Source of the DNA: Candidatus Altimarinota bacterium
GTDB taxonomy: Bacteria > Patescibacteriota > Gracilibacteria > JBDHUY01
Direction of reading: 5' to 3'
Length of the DNA: 64,000 nucleotides
Assembly (NCBI GenBank): GCA_039809385.1
Contig: JBDHUY010000004.1
Span: forward strand, 32,001 to 96,000
Part shown: one piece after another, positions 1 through 9,675 of the stretch
Position numbering within the stretch: the stretch's first letter is position 1
How the letters are laid out: each line of letters starts with the position of its first letter
Made by a program: the position numbers and the translations under genes
The notes under the pieces: generated by a model
The model's database searches: none
Seen by the model: the letters and a program-made list of their open reading frames with translations, nothing else
What the model was told of the DNA's origin: nothing

Positions 1-16
1 TCTCAAGCGTTGTACT

Positions 17-1026
17 GTGCTTGATATAGCAATCGGTGCGCTCAATGCTTACTGTCCCGAAGAAAACTTCTTTTTCCCGTATCTCGATACCAAAAGTATC
101 AACTTTCACGGGATAATTAAATCTCCAATTAACAGTAAAAACAACGGAATCTTGTTTCATCACCTCTGGCTTGAGGAAAAAGACTTATCGAGACCTGGAT
201 TCCTCCCAGTATGTATGAAGATTACATAAAATTACTGCAGTATGTCAGCACGGCTTTTTTACATCAACCGGAAGCCTATTATTCGGAAGCTGTCGAGCTG
301 GTGGCGGGCTTGCATTATTATTTTCAGGCATTCCAAAAAGGTATTTTCTCGGGCAACCGGGAGTAAGATTTTCATCTTTCGCTTAATGAAGGTCTTTTAC
401 AATGTAGCGTACCGGAAACTTCTCTGAATTTTGAACTACCTTTTCGCTCATCCTCGCAAGTGTTTCTGCCCGACTGCGGACTGGCGGAGCAAGAACATAT
501 GCCATTTATGAAAGTTGCCGCTGCCGGAGGGGCCGAGTTTGTTTTGACCAGTCCGAATCGGTTTACCGCGCGTCTTTTGCAAGTACTAGCAGATCTTCAT
601 GCTATACCAAATTTTGCGGTCCATCCTTCCTTCCATCAGGAACAACCGCAACTTCCCTTGACATCCCCAATCGATATTGCGATCTTTTCCAAACTTTACC
701 AGACACACGAAACCGTATGTGCCGATACCGTACAGCGTCTTGCTCGTGGCATGTCTTCTGGGGCACACATCCTCTTGCAAGCTCCCGGCAAGGGTGATAT
801 TTCCGTTAGTGAAACAAGCATCGATACTCTGTTGCGATTCTTTCGTCAGAGCGGATTCGAACTCGTACGTGCACATGAGATGCGCAGACAAAAGAAGCCG
901 TTTTCTCCTCCCGAGCTCTCGCGCCGTTTCTCGATCCCGGTCGAGGAGTATCTGGCCTTTGCCCGCGGCGACTCTTATGCACAACAAGAGAAGAAAATGG
1001 TCGTTGCATTACTCAAGAGGCAGTAA
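17..1026 (+). pseudogene. Fragmented hypothetical gene; the last piece (460-1026) may be a methyltransferase-like fold
   Basis: Three consecutive + ORF pieces. 17-229 and 242-427 share a frame and are separated by an in-frame TAA. No clear family motif. Confidence 0.3.
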
Positions 1027-1152
1027 ACTGTCTTCACTTTTGTATAGGGGAACCTCTTAACTTAAAACGTTTTTTACACTGATTGGAAGAAAAGAATTTG
1101 AAAATCACAACGATTTTCCTCCCTTCTCCTAACTCCGATCTCCCAACTTTTT

Positions 1153-1911
1153 TCACGAATGTTCCACGGACACCCTTGTCAGATCATTCGGATCATATTT
1201 TACATAGACTTCACAACCGGGCTGGTATTTGGGAATCGAACTTTCCATGATAGCCGCCTTGGCGGTTGCCTGAAATTTGGCACTTCCTTCAGGGGTGACT
1301 TCCAGTAATAACTGCACGAACGGATTATTGCCATTCACGTTGATCCCGAGCGGGGTACATTGCAGTATCTTGGCTTTGGCGCTTGTTCCCGTAGCAATGA
1401 TCTGCTGGTTCATCGCATCGATGTCCATCAGCATCTTCTGTAATCCTTCCTGCGAGGCCGTGCCTGCCGCCCCGCTCCCCACCACCGCTACTTTCATCGG
1501 ATCTGCCTGATCTACCATCACGGATACTTCCATGCCGGGTTGGTACATAGATGTTTGCAAGCGTGAAATAATTGATTTGGCTTCGGCCTGGTATTTCGGA
1601 TATCCTTTTCTTCGCACTTCCAGGGTCATCTTTATCTGAGGGTTCTCGTTAACCGTTACCCCTGTATCTTGCAAACTTAGAATCGTCGCCGTAGCCGGTT
1701 CGCCGGATTTCATCAGTCGCGCGGCTTCAAACATCGGTTTCATGATCGGACGGACGACAAAGAAGAATACCGAACCGAAAATACCGATGAAAATAACCGC
1801 GAAAATGGAACCCATCACCGGATCGGCCCAGATACCGGCTGTTAGTCCGGCCAGGCCGCCCAGGATACCGAGTACTACACCGATTTTGGCACCGATGGGA
1901 ATTTTGGTCAT
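1153..1911 (-). CDS. Membrane protein: two N-terminal TM helices and two tandem DUF3592-like beta domains
   Basis: Hydrophobic N-terminus; duplicated motif A.A.IL....G..VN..P.....LEV...YQPG.EV.V..D..D...V. Confidence 0.75.
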   Translation of the reverse strand: MTKIPIGAKIGVVLGILGGLAGLTAGIWADPVMGSIFAVIFIGIFGSVFFFVVRPIMKPMFEAARLMKSGEPATATILSLQDTGVTVNENPQIKMTLEVRRKGYPKYQAEAKSIISRLQTSMYQPGMEVSVMVDQADPMKVAVVGSGAAGTASQEGLQKMLMDIDAMNQQIIATGTSAKAKILQCTPLGINVNGNNPFVQLLLEVTPEGSAKFQATAKAAIMESSIPKYQPGCEVYVKYDPNDLTRVSVEHS

Positions 1912-1966
1912 AGGGGGGAGGGGGAAAGGTATAAAGTATCTGGTATACAGTATTTAGTATGGGGCA
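1912..1966. repeat. Family-A heptamer arm (GGGGAGGGG-(AGTATNN)n-GGGCA); its pyrimidine strand abuts the ATG at 1911
   Basis: aggggggagggggaaaggtataaagtatctggtatacagtatttagtatggggca; closely matches 29041-29094. Confidence 0.8.
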
Positions 1967-2192
1967 TCTTGGCTATGTTGATATAGTGCAATCATTTTGA
2001 CTGCCTGTTGGATGCGTTTGACGCGGGTGTCTGTTTTTTTCGCGTCCTGGATGGCTTTCAGGTATTCCCGCTGGTGGCCCGGCGGTATATTCCCAAATTT
2101 GTTTGTAAGAGCCGCCTGATCAAGCGCTGCGCGGAAGTCTGCAGGTAATACCGGTTTTGCGGATGTTGTCGACGCCCTATCTTTGTTGGCAT
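1954..2192 (-). pseudogene. YdeI/OmpD-associated (bacteriocin-protection) family fragment
   Basis: Hand translation PVLPADFRAALDQAALTNKFGNIPPGHQREYLKAIQDAKKTDTRVKRIQQAVKMI; no in-frame start (the ATG at 2192 is out of frame). Confidence 0.7.
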
Positions 2193-2309
2193 TATGATAT
2201 TTTACAAATCTGCTTCTATCCTAATAAACACTGACAGAAAAGGCGAATGGTTTTTATAAAACGAATTTCTGGTTGGGATTTTGCCGGGCAGGTATTACAA
2301 TGATAATCG

Positions 2310-2510
2310 AATGTTGGGAATGAAACGTACATGCCTACCATCCTGAACCCCCTAGCCGGGGGTAAGGAGGCTACTGTCCATGCTTGCCGGGTGCTGGTCA
2401 GGAAAACAGCATCATTGTCCCTACGCTGAGAACAACGTTACATTTATCCGCCCTACTGTAACGGGCAGCTTCACTTGAGGACAAGCATGACACGTATGGT
2501 TTTGTGTTCT
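2310..2510 (+). ncRNA. Candidate structured RNA upstream of the polA half-gene
   Basis: No ORF. Complementary segments catgcttg/caagcatg, ccccc/ggggg, ggtgctg/cagcatc, cgttaca/tgtaacg. Possible promoter TTGGGA-17-TACAAT at 2273-2301. Strand uncertain. Confidence 0.3.
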
Positions 2511-2641
2511 ATGTTTTCTGACTGCTGACAGCTATTGGCTGACCGCCCGGCAGGTATGGCTCCACTTCTCCTGGGCAGAGATATAGGGCTGCCACTACGG
2601 TTGTCTTCTAATTTCGCACTTTTTACTTTGAATTTTCCTGT

Positions 2642-4123
2642 ATGTCCTACCCCTATTTCGATACGATGATCGCCGAGTATCTGCTTGATTCGGGCAGCCG
2701 GCGTTATGCGCTCTCCGATCTGGCTTTAAAATACCTCGACTACACCATGATCGAGTACGAGGAAGTCACCGGCAAAGGCAAAGACCAAGTGACGTTTGAC
2801 CAGGTTGATGTGGAAAAAGCTACCCAGTACTCGGCCGAAGATGCCGAAATCGCGCTTTCTTTACAGCAAATTTTGATGGAAAAACTCAAAGAAGAGGACC
2901 TGTACGAATTGTTCACGACGATCGAAATGCCGTTGGTACCGGTTCTGGCACGTATGGAGGAGCACGGAATCAAAATAGATGTTCCTTTTTTGGCCGAGCT
3001 TTCCCGACAGTTTCAGGCAGAGATGAACCGCTTGCAAACGGAAATTACGGAACTGGCCGGCGGGCCTTTTAACCTCAATTCTCCCAAACAGTTGCAGGTC
3101 GTTCTGTTTGAAACGCTCAAGTTGCCGATCAAGAAAAAAACTAAAACCGGTCCGTCGACCGATATTACCGTGTTGGAAGAACTGGCCAAAGAACACCCCT
3201 TGCCGGCCAAAATGGTCGAGTACCGCGAATATCAAAAGCTGAAATCGACGTATGTCGACGCATTGCCTCAAATGGTTAATCCCGATACTGGGCGAGTCCA
3301 TACCTCGTATAATCAGACGATTGCCGCGACCGGGCGCCTTTCTTCTACCAATCCGAATTTACAGAATATCCCCATCCGGACCGAACTGGGGAAACAGCTC
3401 AGAAAAGCTTTTATCGCTTCAGAGGGGCATGTGCTTTTGTCGATCGATTATTCCCAGATCGAGCTGCGTATCTTTGCCCACATAGCCGATGAAACCGGAT
3501 TGATCGAAGCTTTTCAGCGGGGCGAAGATATTCATACTTCAACCGCATCGCGTATCTTTAATTTGTCTTTGGCCGAGGTGTCTAAAGAACAGCGCCGGTA
3601 TGCCAAGACGATCAACTTCGGGCTGATGTACGGCATGGGGCCGTTCCGCCTTTCCAACGAGCTGGGTATTACTATGGACGAGGCCAAACAGTTTATCGAA
3701 CAGTATTTTGCTTTTTTCCCCAATATCAAAGCCACGATGGATCAGATCATCGAAGAGACAAAATCAAAGGGTTACACGACAACGCTGTTTGGGCGTAAAC
3801 GCTATATTCCCGAGATTAACAATCTGAACCGCAACCTGCAAGAAGCCGGAAAACGCGAAGCGGTCAACAGCGTAATTCAGGGAACCAATGCCGATGTTAT
3901 CAAAATTGCCATGATTCGGCTTGACGAGCTCTTCAGAGCGCAAAACGTGCGAACGCGGATGCTTCTGCAAATTCACGACGAACTGCTCTTTGAAGTGCCT
4001 GAAAACGAGCTGGATATGATGAAAGAACTGATTCCGCCGGTGATGGAATCGGTAATCGACCTGAAAGCTCCGCTTAAGGTAGAGTTGGGCACGGGAAAAA
4101 ACTGGCTGGAAGCGCACGAGTAG
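2642..4123 (+). CDS. polA: DNA polymerase I, C-terminal part only (second half of the 3'-5' exonuclease plus the polymerase domain)
   Basis: FDTMIAEYLL, ExoIII YSAEDA, motif A DYSQIELR, motif B RRYAKTINFGLMYG, motif C QIHDELL; 5'-3' exonuclease and ExoI/II absent. Confidence 0.93.
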   Translation: MSYPYFDTMIAEYLLDSGSRRYALSDLALKYLDYTMIEYEEVTGKGKDQVTFDQVDVEKATQYSAEDAEIALSLQQILMEKLKEEDLYELFTTIEMPLVPVLARMEEHGIKIDVPFLAELSRQFQAEMNRLQTEITELAGGPFNLNSPKQLQVVLFETLKLPIKKKTKTGPSTDITVLEELAKEHPLPAKMVEYREYQKLKSTYVDALPQMVNPDTGRVHTSYNQTIAATGRLSSTNPNLQNIPIRTELGKQLRKAFIASEGHVLLSIDYSQIELRIFAHIADETGLIEAFQRGEDIHTSTASRIFNLSLAEVSKEQRRYAKTINFGLMYGMGPFRLSNELGITMDEAKQFIEQYFAFFPNIKATMDQIIEETKSKGYTTTLFGRKRYIPEINNLNRNLQEAGKREAVNSVIQGTNADVIKIAMIRLDELFRAQNVRTRMLLQIHDELLFEVPENELDMMKELIPPVMESVIDLKAPLKVELGTGKNWLEAHE

Positions 4124-4330
4124 GGGAATCGAAACTCTTTCCCGTAGGGATCTATAACATCGTAGAAGAGCAGACAGGGATCTCTAAATCTATGAGTCAG
4201 ATGCCCTATACCAAATACCTGAAACTTACTACTTGTTTTATCGTTTCTTGTCTTCGGCTCTTTTTGCCATGTATTTAAAAAAATCAAGCAACGGATTGCT
4301 TGATTCCGGTCGTTTGATTCTTCCGGATTT

Positions 4331-4519
4331 TCAGGCCAAAGTAAGTCGCTTGGCAGCCCGGCGCTGGGTTTGTTTTGTAACACGTAATGGGCTTTGAACT
4401 GCACCCGGATCCTGGTAGCTGCAGCCGCTACAGCTGGCACTTTCCAAAAACTCGCCGCAGTTGGGGCAGGGGGTGTCGGCAAGGTTTGATTCCATCCAGA
4501 TCGACGAATACAGTTTCAT
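4331..4519 (-). CDS. Small putative zinc-ribbon protein
   Basis: CPNC...CSGC; preceded on the minus strand by TTGACA-18-TAAAAT (4583-4554). Confidence 0.5.
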   Translation of the reverse strand: MKLYSSIWMESNLADTPCPNCGEFLESASCSGCSYQDPGAVQSPLRVTKQTQRRAAKRLTLA

Positions 4520-4834
4520 AGTTTTTTATATGTGATTTTTGAATGCTGTTAGTATTTTACGACACATAAAGCATAAATGTCAATTATTTTTTCTCGTCGC
4601 TCCCAAAGAGGAGTACCCGAATTTTTCAACAATGATTGGTAATCTCCCGTGCCTATTCTTTTTTGCCCCAAAAAATGAGAGGTTTTGTTGAGTCGTTGTA
4701 CGAACAGAGGAAGTATGCTATAGTCATCCTCGCTTTTTTAAGGAACCTTACAGTTGCTGTCTCCCTCATGCGTGCTTCCTGTTTCCTAATTCAAGGCACG
4801 AAGACCTAAAAAGGTTTAGGATGAACGTTTCGTT

Positions 4835-4867
4835 CCCATACCTACTACTTTATACTTCATACTTCCC
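4835..4867. repeat. Family-A heptamer arm abutting the gltX ATG
   Basis: cccatacctactactttatacttcatacttccc-ATG. Confidence 0.75.
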
Positions 4868-6322
4868 ATGGTCCGCACCCGTTTTGCGCCCAGTCCCACC
4901 GGTTATCTGCATATCGGAGGTCTTCGTACCGCCCTTTACTCGTATTTATTTGCAAAGAAACACGACGGACAGTTTATCTTACGTGTCGAAGATACCGATC
5001 AGAAACGCTATGTGGAAGGAGCGATCGAGGCTATCACGCGCGGCATGCACTGGGCCGGAGTCCTCTACGACGAGGGCCCCGATAATGGTGGTCCCTATGC
5101 CCCGTACATTCAATCGCAGCGCAAAGATAAATATCTGCCCTATGCGCTTTCGCTCATCGAGAAAGGACATGCCTATTACTGCTTTTGTACTCCCGAACGC
5201 TTGCAACAGATGCGCGAAGAACAGCAACAAAAACATCTTCCTCCCAAATACGACCGTCATTGCCTTGTTTTATCGGAAGAAGAAAAAAAGACCAGACTTC
5301 AGAATGGGGAGGCCCATGTAATCCGCATGAAAGTTCCCGACAATCGTGAACTCGTGCTGGAAGATTTGGTCAAGGGACCGGTTAGTTTCAATACCAAAGA
5401 CGTCGATGATCAAGTTCTTATCAAATCGGACGGCTTGCCCACGTACCAGCTGGCGGTGGTGATCGACGACCATCTCATGGAAATATCGCATGTTATCCGG
5501 GCCGAAGAGTGGCTCCCCAGCAGCCCCAAACAGATGCTCTTGTTCGAATACTTCGGCTGGCAGTTGCCTCATTTCGCTCACGTGTCGGACGTGCTGGCTC
5601 CCGGAGGGGGTGGCAAGAAGCTCAGCAAACGCGACGGCGCTGTTTCTCTGGACGAATTTGCCGCCCAAGGCTATTTGCCGGACGCGACCATGAATTATAT
5701 AGCTTTCGTCGGCTGGAATCCGGGTACGACCCAGGAATTCTTCAGCATGCCGGAATTGATCGAAGCTTTCTCGCTCGAACGTTGTCAGAAAGCCGGGGCG
5801 ATTTTTGACTATAAGCGGTTGAACTGGATGAATGGTCAGTACATTCGTAAAAAAAACGTTCAGGAATTGAGCGCACTGCTTAAACCGTTTCTTCAGGATC
5901 AGTCGTGGTATCGTGAGGACGATGCTTTCTTGGAAAAAGCGGCTGTCGAGGTACAGGCCCGGATGGAGACTCTCGTGCAGGGACGCGAAATGCTCGAGTC
6001 CTTCTATACCCGGGTTGACTATGCAAAAGATCTGATTCTGAACGAAAAGATGAAAGTTTCCGAGCCCATAGGACAGACTAGCCTGAAGCTGATTCTGGAA
6101 AAACTCACGCTTCAGGAAATCTGGGAAAAAGAATCGTTGCAACAGACCCTGCAGCAGATCGTCGCACAAAACGGTCTGACGAACGGACAAGTATTCTGGC
6201 CGCTGCGGGCGGTACTTTCCGGTAAACCCGCTTCTCCGGGTGCTTTTGAAATGGCGTATGTGCTGGGAAAGACCGAAACGTTGGCGCGCATTGAGCAGGG
6301 ACTCTCGAAAATGGGGAAATGA
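4868..6322 (+). CDS. gltX: Glutamate--tRNA ligase
   Basis: RTRFAPSPTGYLHIGG, LRVEDTD, KLSKR. Confidence 0.98.
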   Translation: MVRTRFAPSPTGYLHIGGLRTALYSYLFAKKHDGQFILRVEDTDQKRYVEGAIEAITRGMHWAGVLYDEGPDNGGPYAPYIQSQRKDKYLPYALSLIEKGHAYYCFCTPERLQQMREEQQQKHLPPKYDRHCLVLSEEEKKTRLQNGEAHVIRMKVPDNRELVLEDLVKGPVSFNTKDVDDQVLIKSDGLPTYQLAVVIDDHLMEISHVIRAEEWLPSSPKQMLLFEYFGWQLPHFAHVSDVLAPGGGGKKLSKRDGAVSLDEFAAQGYLPDATMNYIAFVGWNPGTTQEFFSMPELIEAFSLERCQKAGAIFDYKRLNWMNGQYIRKKNVQELSALLKPFLQDQSWYREDDAFLEKAAVEVQARMETLVQGREMLESFYTRVDYAKDLILNEKMKVSEPIGQTSLKLILEKLTLQEIWEKESLQQTLQQIVAQNGLTNGQVFWPLRAVLSGKPASPGAFEMAYVLGKTETLARIEQGLSKMGK

Positions 6323-6378
6323 GTTCAAAGTTCAAAGTTCAAAGTTCAAAGTTCAAAGTTCAAAGTTCAAAGTTCAAA
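6323..6378 (+). repeat. Perfect tandem repeat (GTTCAAA)x8 directly after the gltX stop
   Basis: Counted directly; the following tcaatactccttagtg recurs at 41161-41176. Confidence 0.95.
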
Positions 6379-6396
6379 TCAATACTCCTTAGTGAT

Positions 6397-6451
6397 TGCC
6401 CCCATACCAAATACCAAATACCAAATACATACTACTATTGTTCCCTCCCCT
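6397..6451. repeat. Family-A heptamer arm (ATACCAA repeats)
   Basis: tgcccccataccaaataccaaataccaaatacatactactattgttccctcccct is the reverse complement of the 1912/29041 consensus. Confidence 0.75.
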
Positions 6452-6521
6452 ACTTTTCTCTTGAAGATTTTTAGAAAAAATTTATAGTGGGATTGTCACT
6501 CTTGTTCCTTTTTCCATTACA

Positions 6522-6845
6522 ATGAAATATCATCAACTGAAGCATATTCTGAACGCTATCAAGCATAATACTCGCTGTCCGCAGTGTACCAAAATGTACC
6601 CCCTGGACGAGGTCGATTTGATCGATTTGTTTGAAAACGAGGGCGTGATCGATTTCTTTTGCCCTACTTGTAAATTGGGAATGTCTCTGAATATCCAGCT
6701 GGAAGAATTTCATCCCGGCAATGCCGAGGAAGTTGTGTCGCGTTTTACCAAATCCGAGATCAGCGACGGCGAAGTACAGAATTTCTCGCTGTTGCTCAAG
6801 AATCATCGCGGCGGTTTGGAGGATTTGTTTAAGCCTGTAGAATAA
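6522..6845 (+). CDS. Small zinc-ribbon hypothetical protein of a CPR-type family
   Basis: CPQC and CPTC pairs; C-terminal IS.GEV..FS..LK.H.G.LEDLF. Confidence 0.75.
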   Translation: MKYHQLKHILNAIKHNTRCPQCTKMYPLDEVDLIDLFENEGVIDFFCPTCKLGMSLNIQLEEFHPGNAEEVVSRFTKSEISDGEVQNFSLLLKNHRGGLEDLFKPVE

Positions 6846-6867
6846 ATTCCGATTTTTTTCGTCTTCT

Positions 6868-7155
6868 ATGATCGTTCCGGATCGGACTTTTGTGGCTCGT
6901 ATGCTTTCCGTGGTTGTGATTGGTCTGATCGTGGTTTCCCTCTCGGGCTGCAGTTTCTTTGGCGATGCCGGGAAAGAGGCCCAAAAACAAGCCGAGTCCG
7001 CCCAAAAGACGTTTAACGAGACGGTGGATAAGGCGAATAGGACGATCAACGATGCTAAGAATAAAGTTGAGAATGTACAAAAAGCTGCCGGCGACCTGCA
7101 AAAGAGTGTGAACGATCTGGGGAATTGGGGGCAGGGAAACGGCAATGCCAAGTAG
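6868..7155 (+). CDS. Small coiled-coil lipoprotein
   Basis: Hydrophobic leader with lipobox LSGC. Confidence 0.7.
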   Translation: MIVPDRTFVARMLSVVVIGLIVVSLSGCSFFGDAGKEAQKQAESAQKTFNETVDKANRTINDAKNKVENVQKAAGDLQKSVNDLGNWGQGNGNAK

Positions 7156-7302
7156 AATCTTCAGTTGTTAAAAAAATGATAAACTGTTTTTCTAAAACAG
7201 CTTTTTTCCTGTAATCTGTCAATCCCTGATTGTCCTGCTTTTTGGTTTTGTCAATAATATTTTGAAGCTTGATAGAGAGCAACTGCCCGGAAGGGTTGGA
7301 CA

Positions 7303-9450
7303 GTGGGAGGAGGCGGTGCTAAATTCAAAAAGCATTTTAATACCAAAAATCGTATGGTAACACTCGGACCCGAGTTACCGGGGATAGAAAATGGCGAAAC
7401 AGATACAAATAAACTCCGATTAACAATTGAGGGAATAATGCAGAGCATCATGGTAGACTTTCTTGATGCTATTTCCAGAGAGGGGAAGAATCATCTTTTT
7501 GAGCATACAATCTCTTTTGACCGAGAACATGTCGGTAGAAAGGACATGACTACCCTAAAGATACCTGCACTTGAGGATGAAGGGGCAGGAAATCCATCAG
7601 ATATCCAATCAGTCCCGGTATTAAATTCGCTCGATCAAGCTGTAAAGCTCAGAAACGCTAATAATCATGCGGCAAGTCTTGAAAATATTGCCCGGATGGT
7701 TGCTCAACAAGAAGATATACACCACATTTTTCTGGCACTTCATTACTTCATACCCGAACAAATCGATCAATTGGGAGACACTGCGCTCGATCTGCTAAAT
7801 AGGGTACTTCAATCAGTGAGAAAATCTATTTCTTCTGTCAAAGATCCTATAGAACGGAGTTCCATGACGAACCGAATCGATGTTTTTTATAACGAGCTCA
7901 ATGCTATTAACGTGCGCGGCGATTTCACTATTACCGATTTAATGAAGCAGGAAATTTATTTCAACGATTATCCCGATACGCTCGGTATTATGCTCTATAA
8001 AAGAGAGCTTTTTGCTCCTGCATTGCAATACCTTCGTAAGGCTATTGATTTGTTAGAAAATGCTTATTCAAGAGAATCGGATTTTTATAAAAAATTCTCC
8101 ATTGTATTACGACTGAGCCATATCTTGAACGTTCTTGGAGCTGCAGAGATGCGCAGTGGAAAGAGCATTTCAAAGATTCAACCGATTATTCGTGCTTCGC
8201 AATCAGTACATACCTCCTTGAATAATCCTGTGGAAGCCGCACGACGTTCCGTCAATCTGGATTTTATGAATCTCCACGATCACCCTACCGATGTTTATCA
8301 TACCACCTTGACTAGTGGTAACCTTGCCGTGAACTTCTCGCAAATCGCCACTTCCATGGAGGTTTCGAAGAATATTTTCGAAGTGAATAAAAGTCACAAA
8401 AGTCTAATACGAGTTACCCTGAACCTTGGTATTCTTTATTGCTATGAAGGAAAATCTCTCCAGGGTGCTAATTTAACGAATATGAGTATTCAAAAATATG
8501 AAAAAGCTCTTGTGTATTTGCAGAATGCAAGTAATCTTTGTCAACGCCATAACATTATGAATGATTATGTTGAAATACTGAATTATATGTCTATGGTTCA
8601 GGCTATTATGGGATCCCGCCAATTTGCTTTGCTCAATAATGAAGCGGCACTGCGTATTTTGGACAATGCTGTGATCAAGAATAAAAATGAACGGAAGGTT
8701 CAAAAGATCATTGCCAACTTGGTCTCAATTTTTATTAATTTTGGCAACGATATAAGAAATCCCGAGGTGGTAAAACAAATGAATGTTAAACTGATCGAGT
8801 TGTTTAGAGAAATATTTTCAATAGATTTATATACTTTTCAACATAGTGATAACACGGGACTTTTGCTGAAATTCTCAGGAGAACCATTCATTCAGGATTT
8901 CAAGTCTACTTATCCCGAGCTTGCGGGAATTTCACCGGATGATTTATACATAGTCGGGCTTTTTCATGATTTAGGAAAAATGGGCATACTTCCTAGTATC
9001 TTGTATAAACCTGATAAACTTACAAAAGAAGAGCAAGAAGAGATGCAAGAGCATCCTATGATGGGCGTTCGGTATTTGCAAAGGTTGTTCTTTTTCATGT
9101 CTAATTTTCCAATTGAACTTATCAAGCGCGGAATTTCTGAGCACCATCGCTGGTATAAAGGTGGTAACGGAAAAGGTTATCCAGCCTCATCCGATCTGCT
9201 TTATCCCGAAACTCATGTTATCTCGCAGCTTCTTACAATTTGCGATTTCTTCGATGCATTGCGGCAGAGAAGGCCATATAGAGCTACCAGTTATTACCCC
9301 GAAGATATATTTCGTTCCTATGTAGAGGATAGAGAGAGTACTTCACAAGAGAAGAAATTTAATCCAGAATTAACAAGCTACTTTATGGAATTATTCAAAG
9401 AACCCGAAAAACGAGATTACATTGATAGTCTCTATAATAGATCAAACTGA
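7303..9450 (+). CDS. TPR-like helical protein with C-terminal HD-GYP phosphodiesterase domain
   Basis: HDLGK, HP..G, HH, GKGYP, D.FDAL...RPY; AT-rich; start uncertain (alternative 7354). Confidence 0.85.
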   Translation: MGGGGAKFKKHFNTKNRMVTLGPELPGIENGETDTNKLRLTIEGIMQSIMVDFLDAISREGKNHLFEHTISFDREHVGRKDMTTLKIPALEDEGAGNPSDIQSVPVLNSLDQAVKLRNANNHAASLENIARMVAQQEDIHHIFLALHYFIPEQIDQLGDTALDLLNRVLQSVRKSISSVKDPIERSSMTNRIDVFYNELNAINVRGDFTITDLMKQEIYFNDYPDTLGIMLYKRELFAPALQYLRKAIDLLENAYSRESDFYKKFSIVLRLSHILNVLGAAEMRSGKSISKIQPIIRASQSVHTSLNNPVEAARRSVNLDFMNLHDHPTDVYHTTLTSGNLAVNFSQIATSMEVSKNIFEVNKSHKSLIRVTLNLGILYCYEGKSLQGANLTNMSIQKYEKALVYLQNASNLCQRHNIMNDYVEILNYMSMVQAIMGSRQFALLNNEAALRILDNAVIKNKNERKVQKIIANLVSIFINFGNDIRNPEVVKQMNVKLIELFREIFSIDLYTFQHSDNTGLLLKFSGEPFIQDFKSTYPELAGISPDDLYIVGLFHDLGKMGILPSILYKPDKLTKEEQEEMQEHPMMGVRYLQRLFFFMSNFPIELIKRGISEHHRWYKGGNGKGYPASSDLLYPETHVISQLLTICDFFDALRQRRPYRATSYYPEDIFRSYVEDRESTSQEKKFNPELTSYFMELFKEPEKRDYIDSLYNRSN

Positions 9451-9489
9451 TACATTTAATGTGCTTGTTTTGGAAAATGGGAATGTATA

Positions 9490-9517
9490 TTGACTAAACA
9501 GGTAAGTATTCTATAAT
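9490..9517 (+). promoter_or_regulatory. Sigma70-like promoter with no clear downstream CDS
   Basis: TTGACT-16-TATAAT, followed by the inverted repeat aatatggttga/tcaaccatatt. Confidence 0.55.
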
Positions 9518-9615
9518 AAATATGGTTGAAATAATAGATCAACCATATTATTTCCTTTAACAATCAGTCCATGGACGTATAAGTTCAGGTTGGTTGTCGG
9601 AGGACAAAAACCAAA

Positions 9616-9653
9616 ACAAAAGGCACACTCCCTCGGGAATCGTGCTTTTTTGT
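9616..9653. terminator. Bidirectional intrinsic terminator
   Basis: acaaaaggcac...gtgcttttttgt, just downstream of ftsK. Confidence 0.65.
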
Positions 9654-9675
9654 TATGCGGTCTTAAACGAACTTT

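Noticed and set aside
2500-2641. Group I/II intron end or split intein explaining the polA half
   Set aside because: No group II domain V, only a faint agatatag resemblance to group I motifs, and no intein C-terminal HN-C/S/T at the ORF start
5270-6328. Long antisense ORFs (also 52264-53031, 53185-53934, 61730-62473)
   Set aside because: They lie opposite well-supported genes and have no motifs
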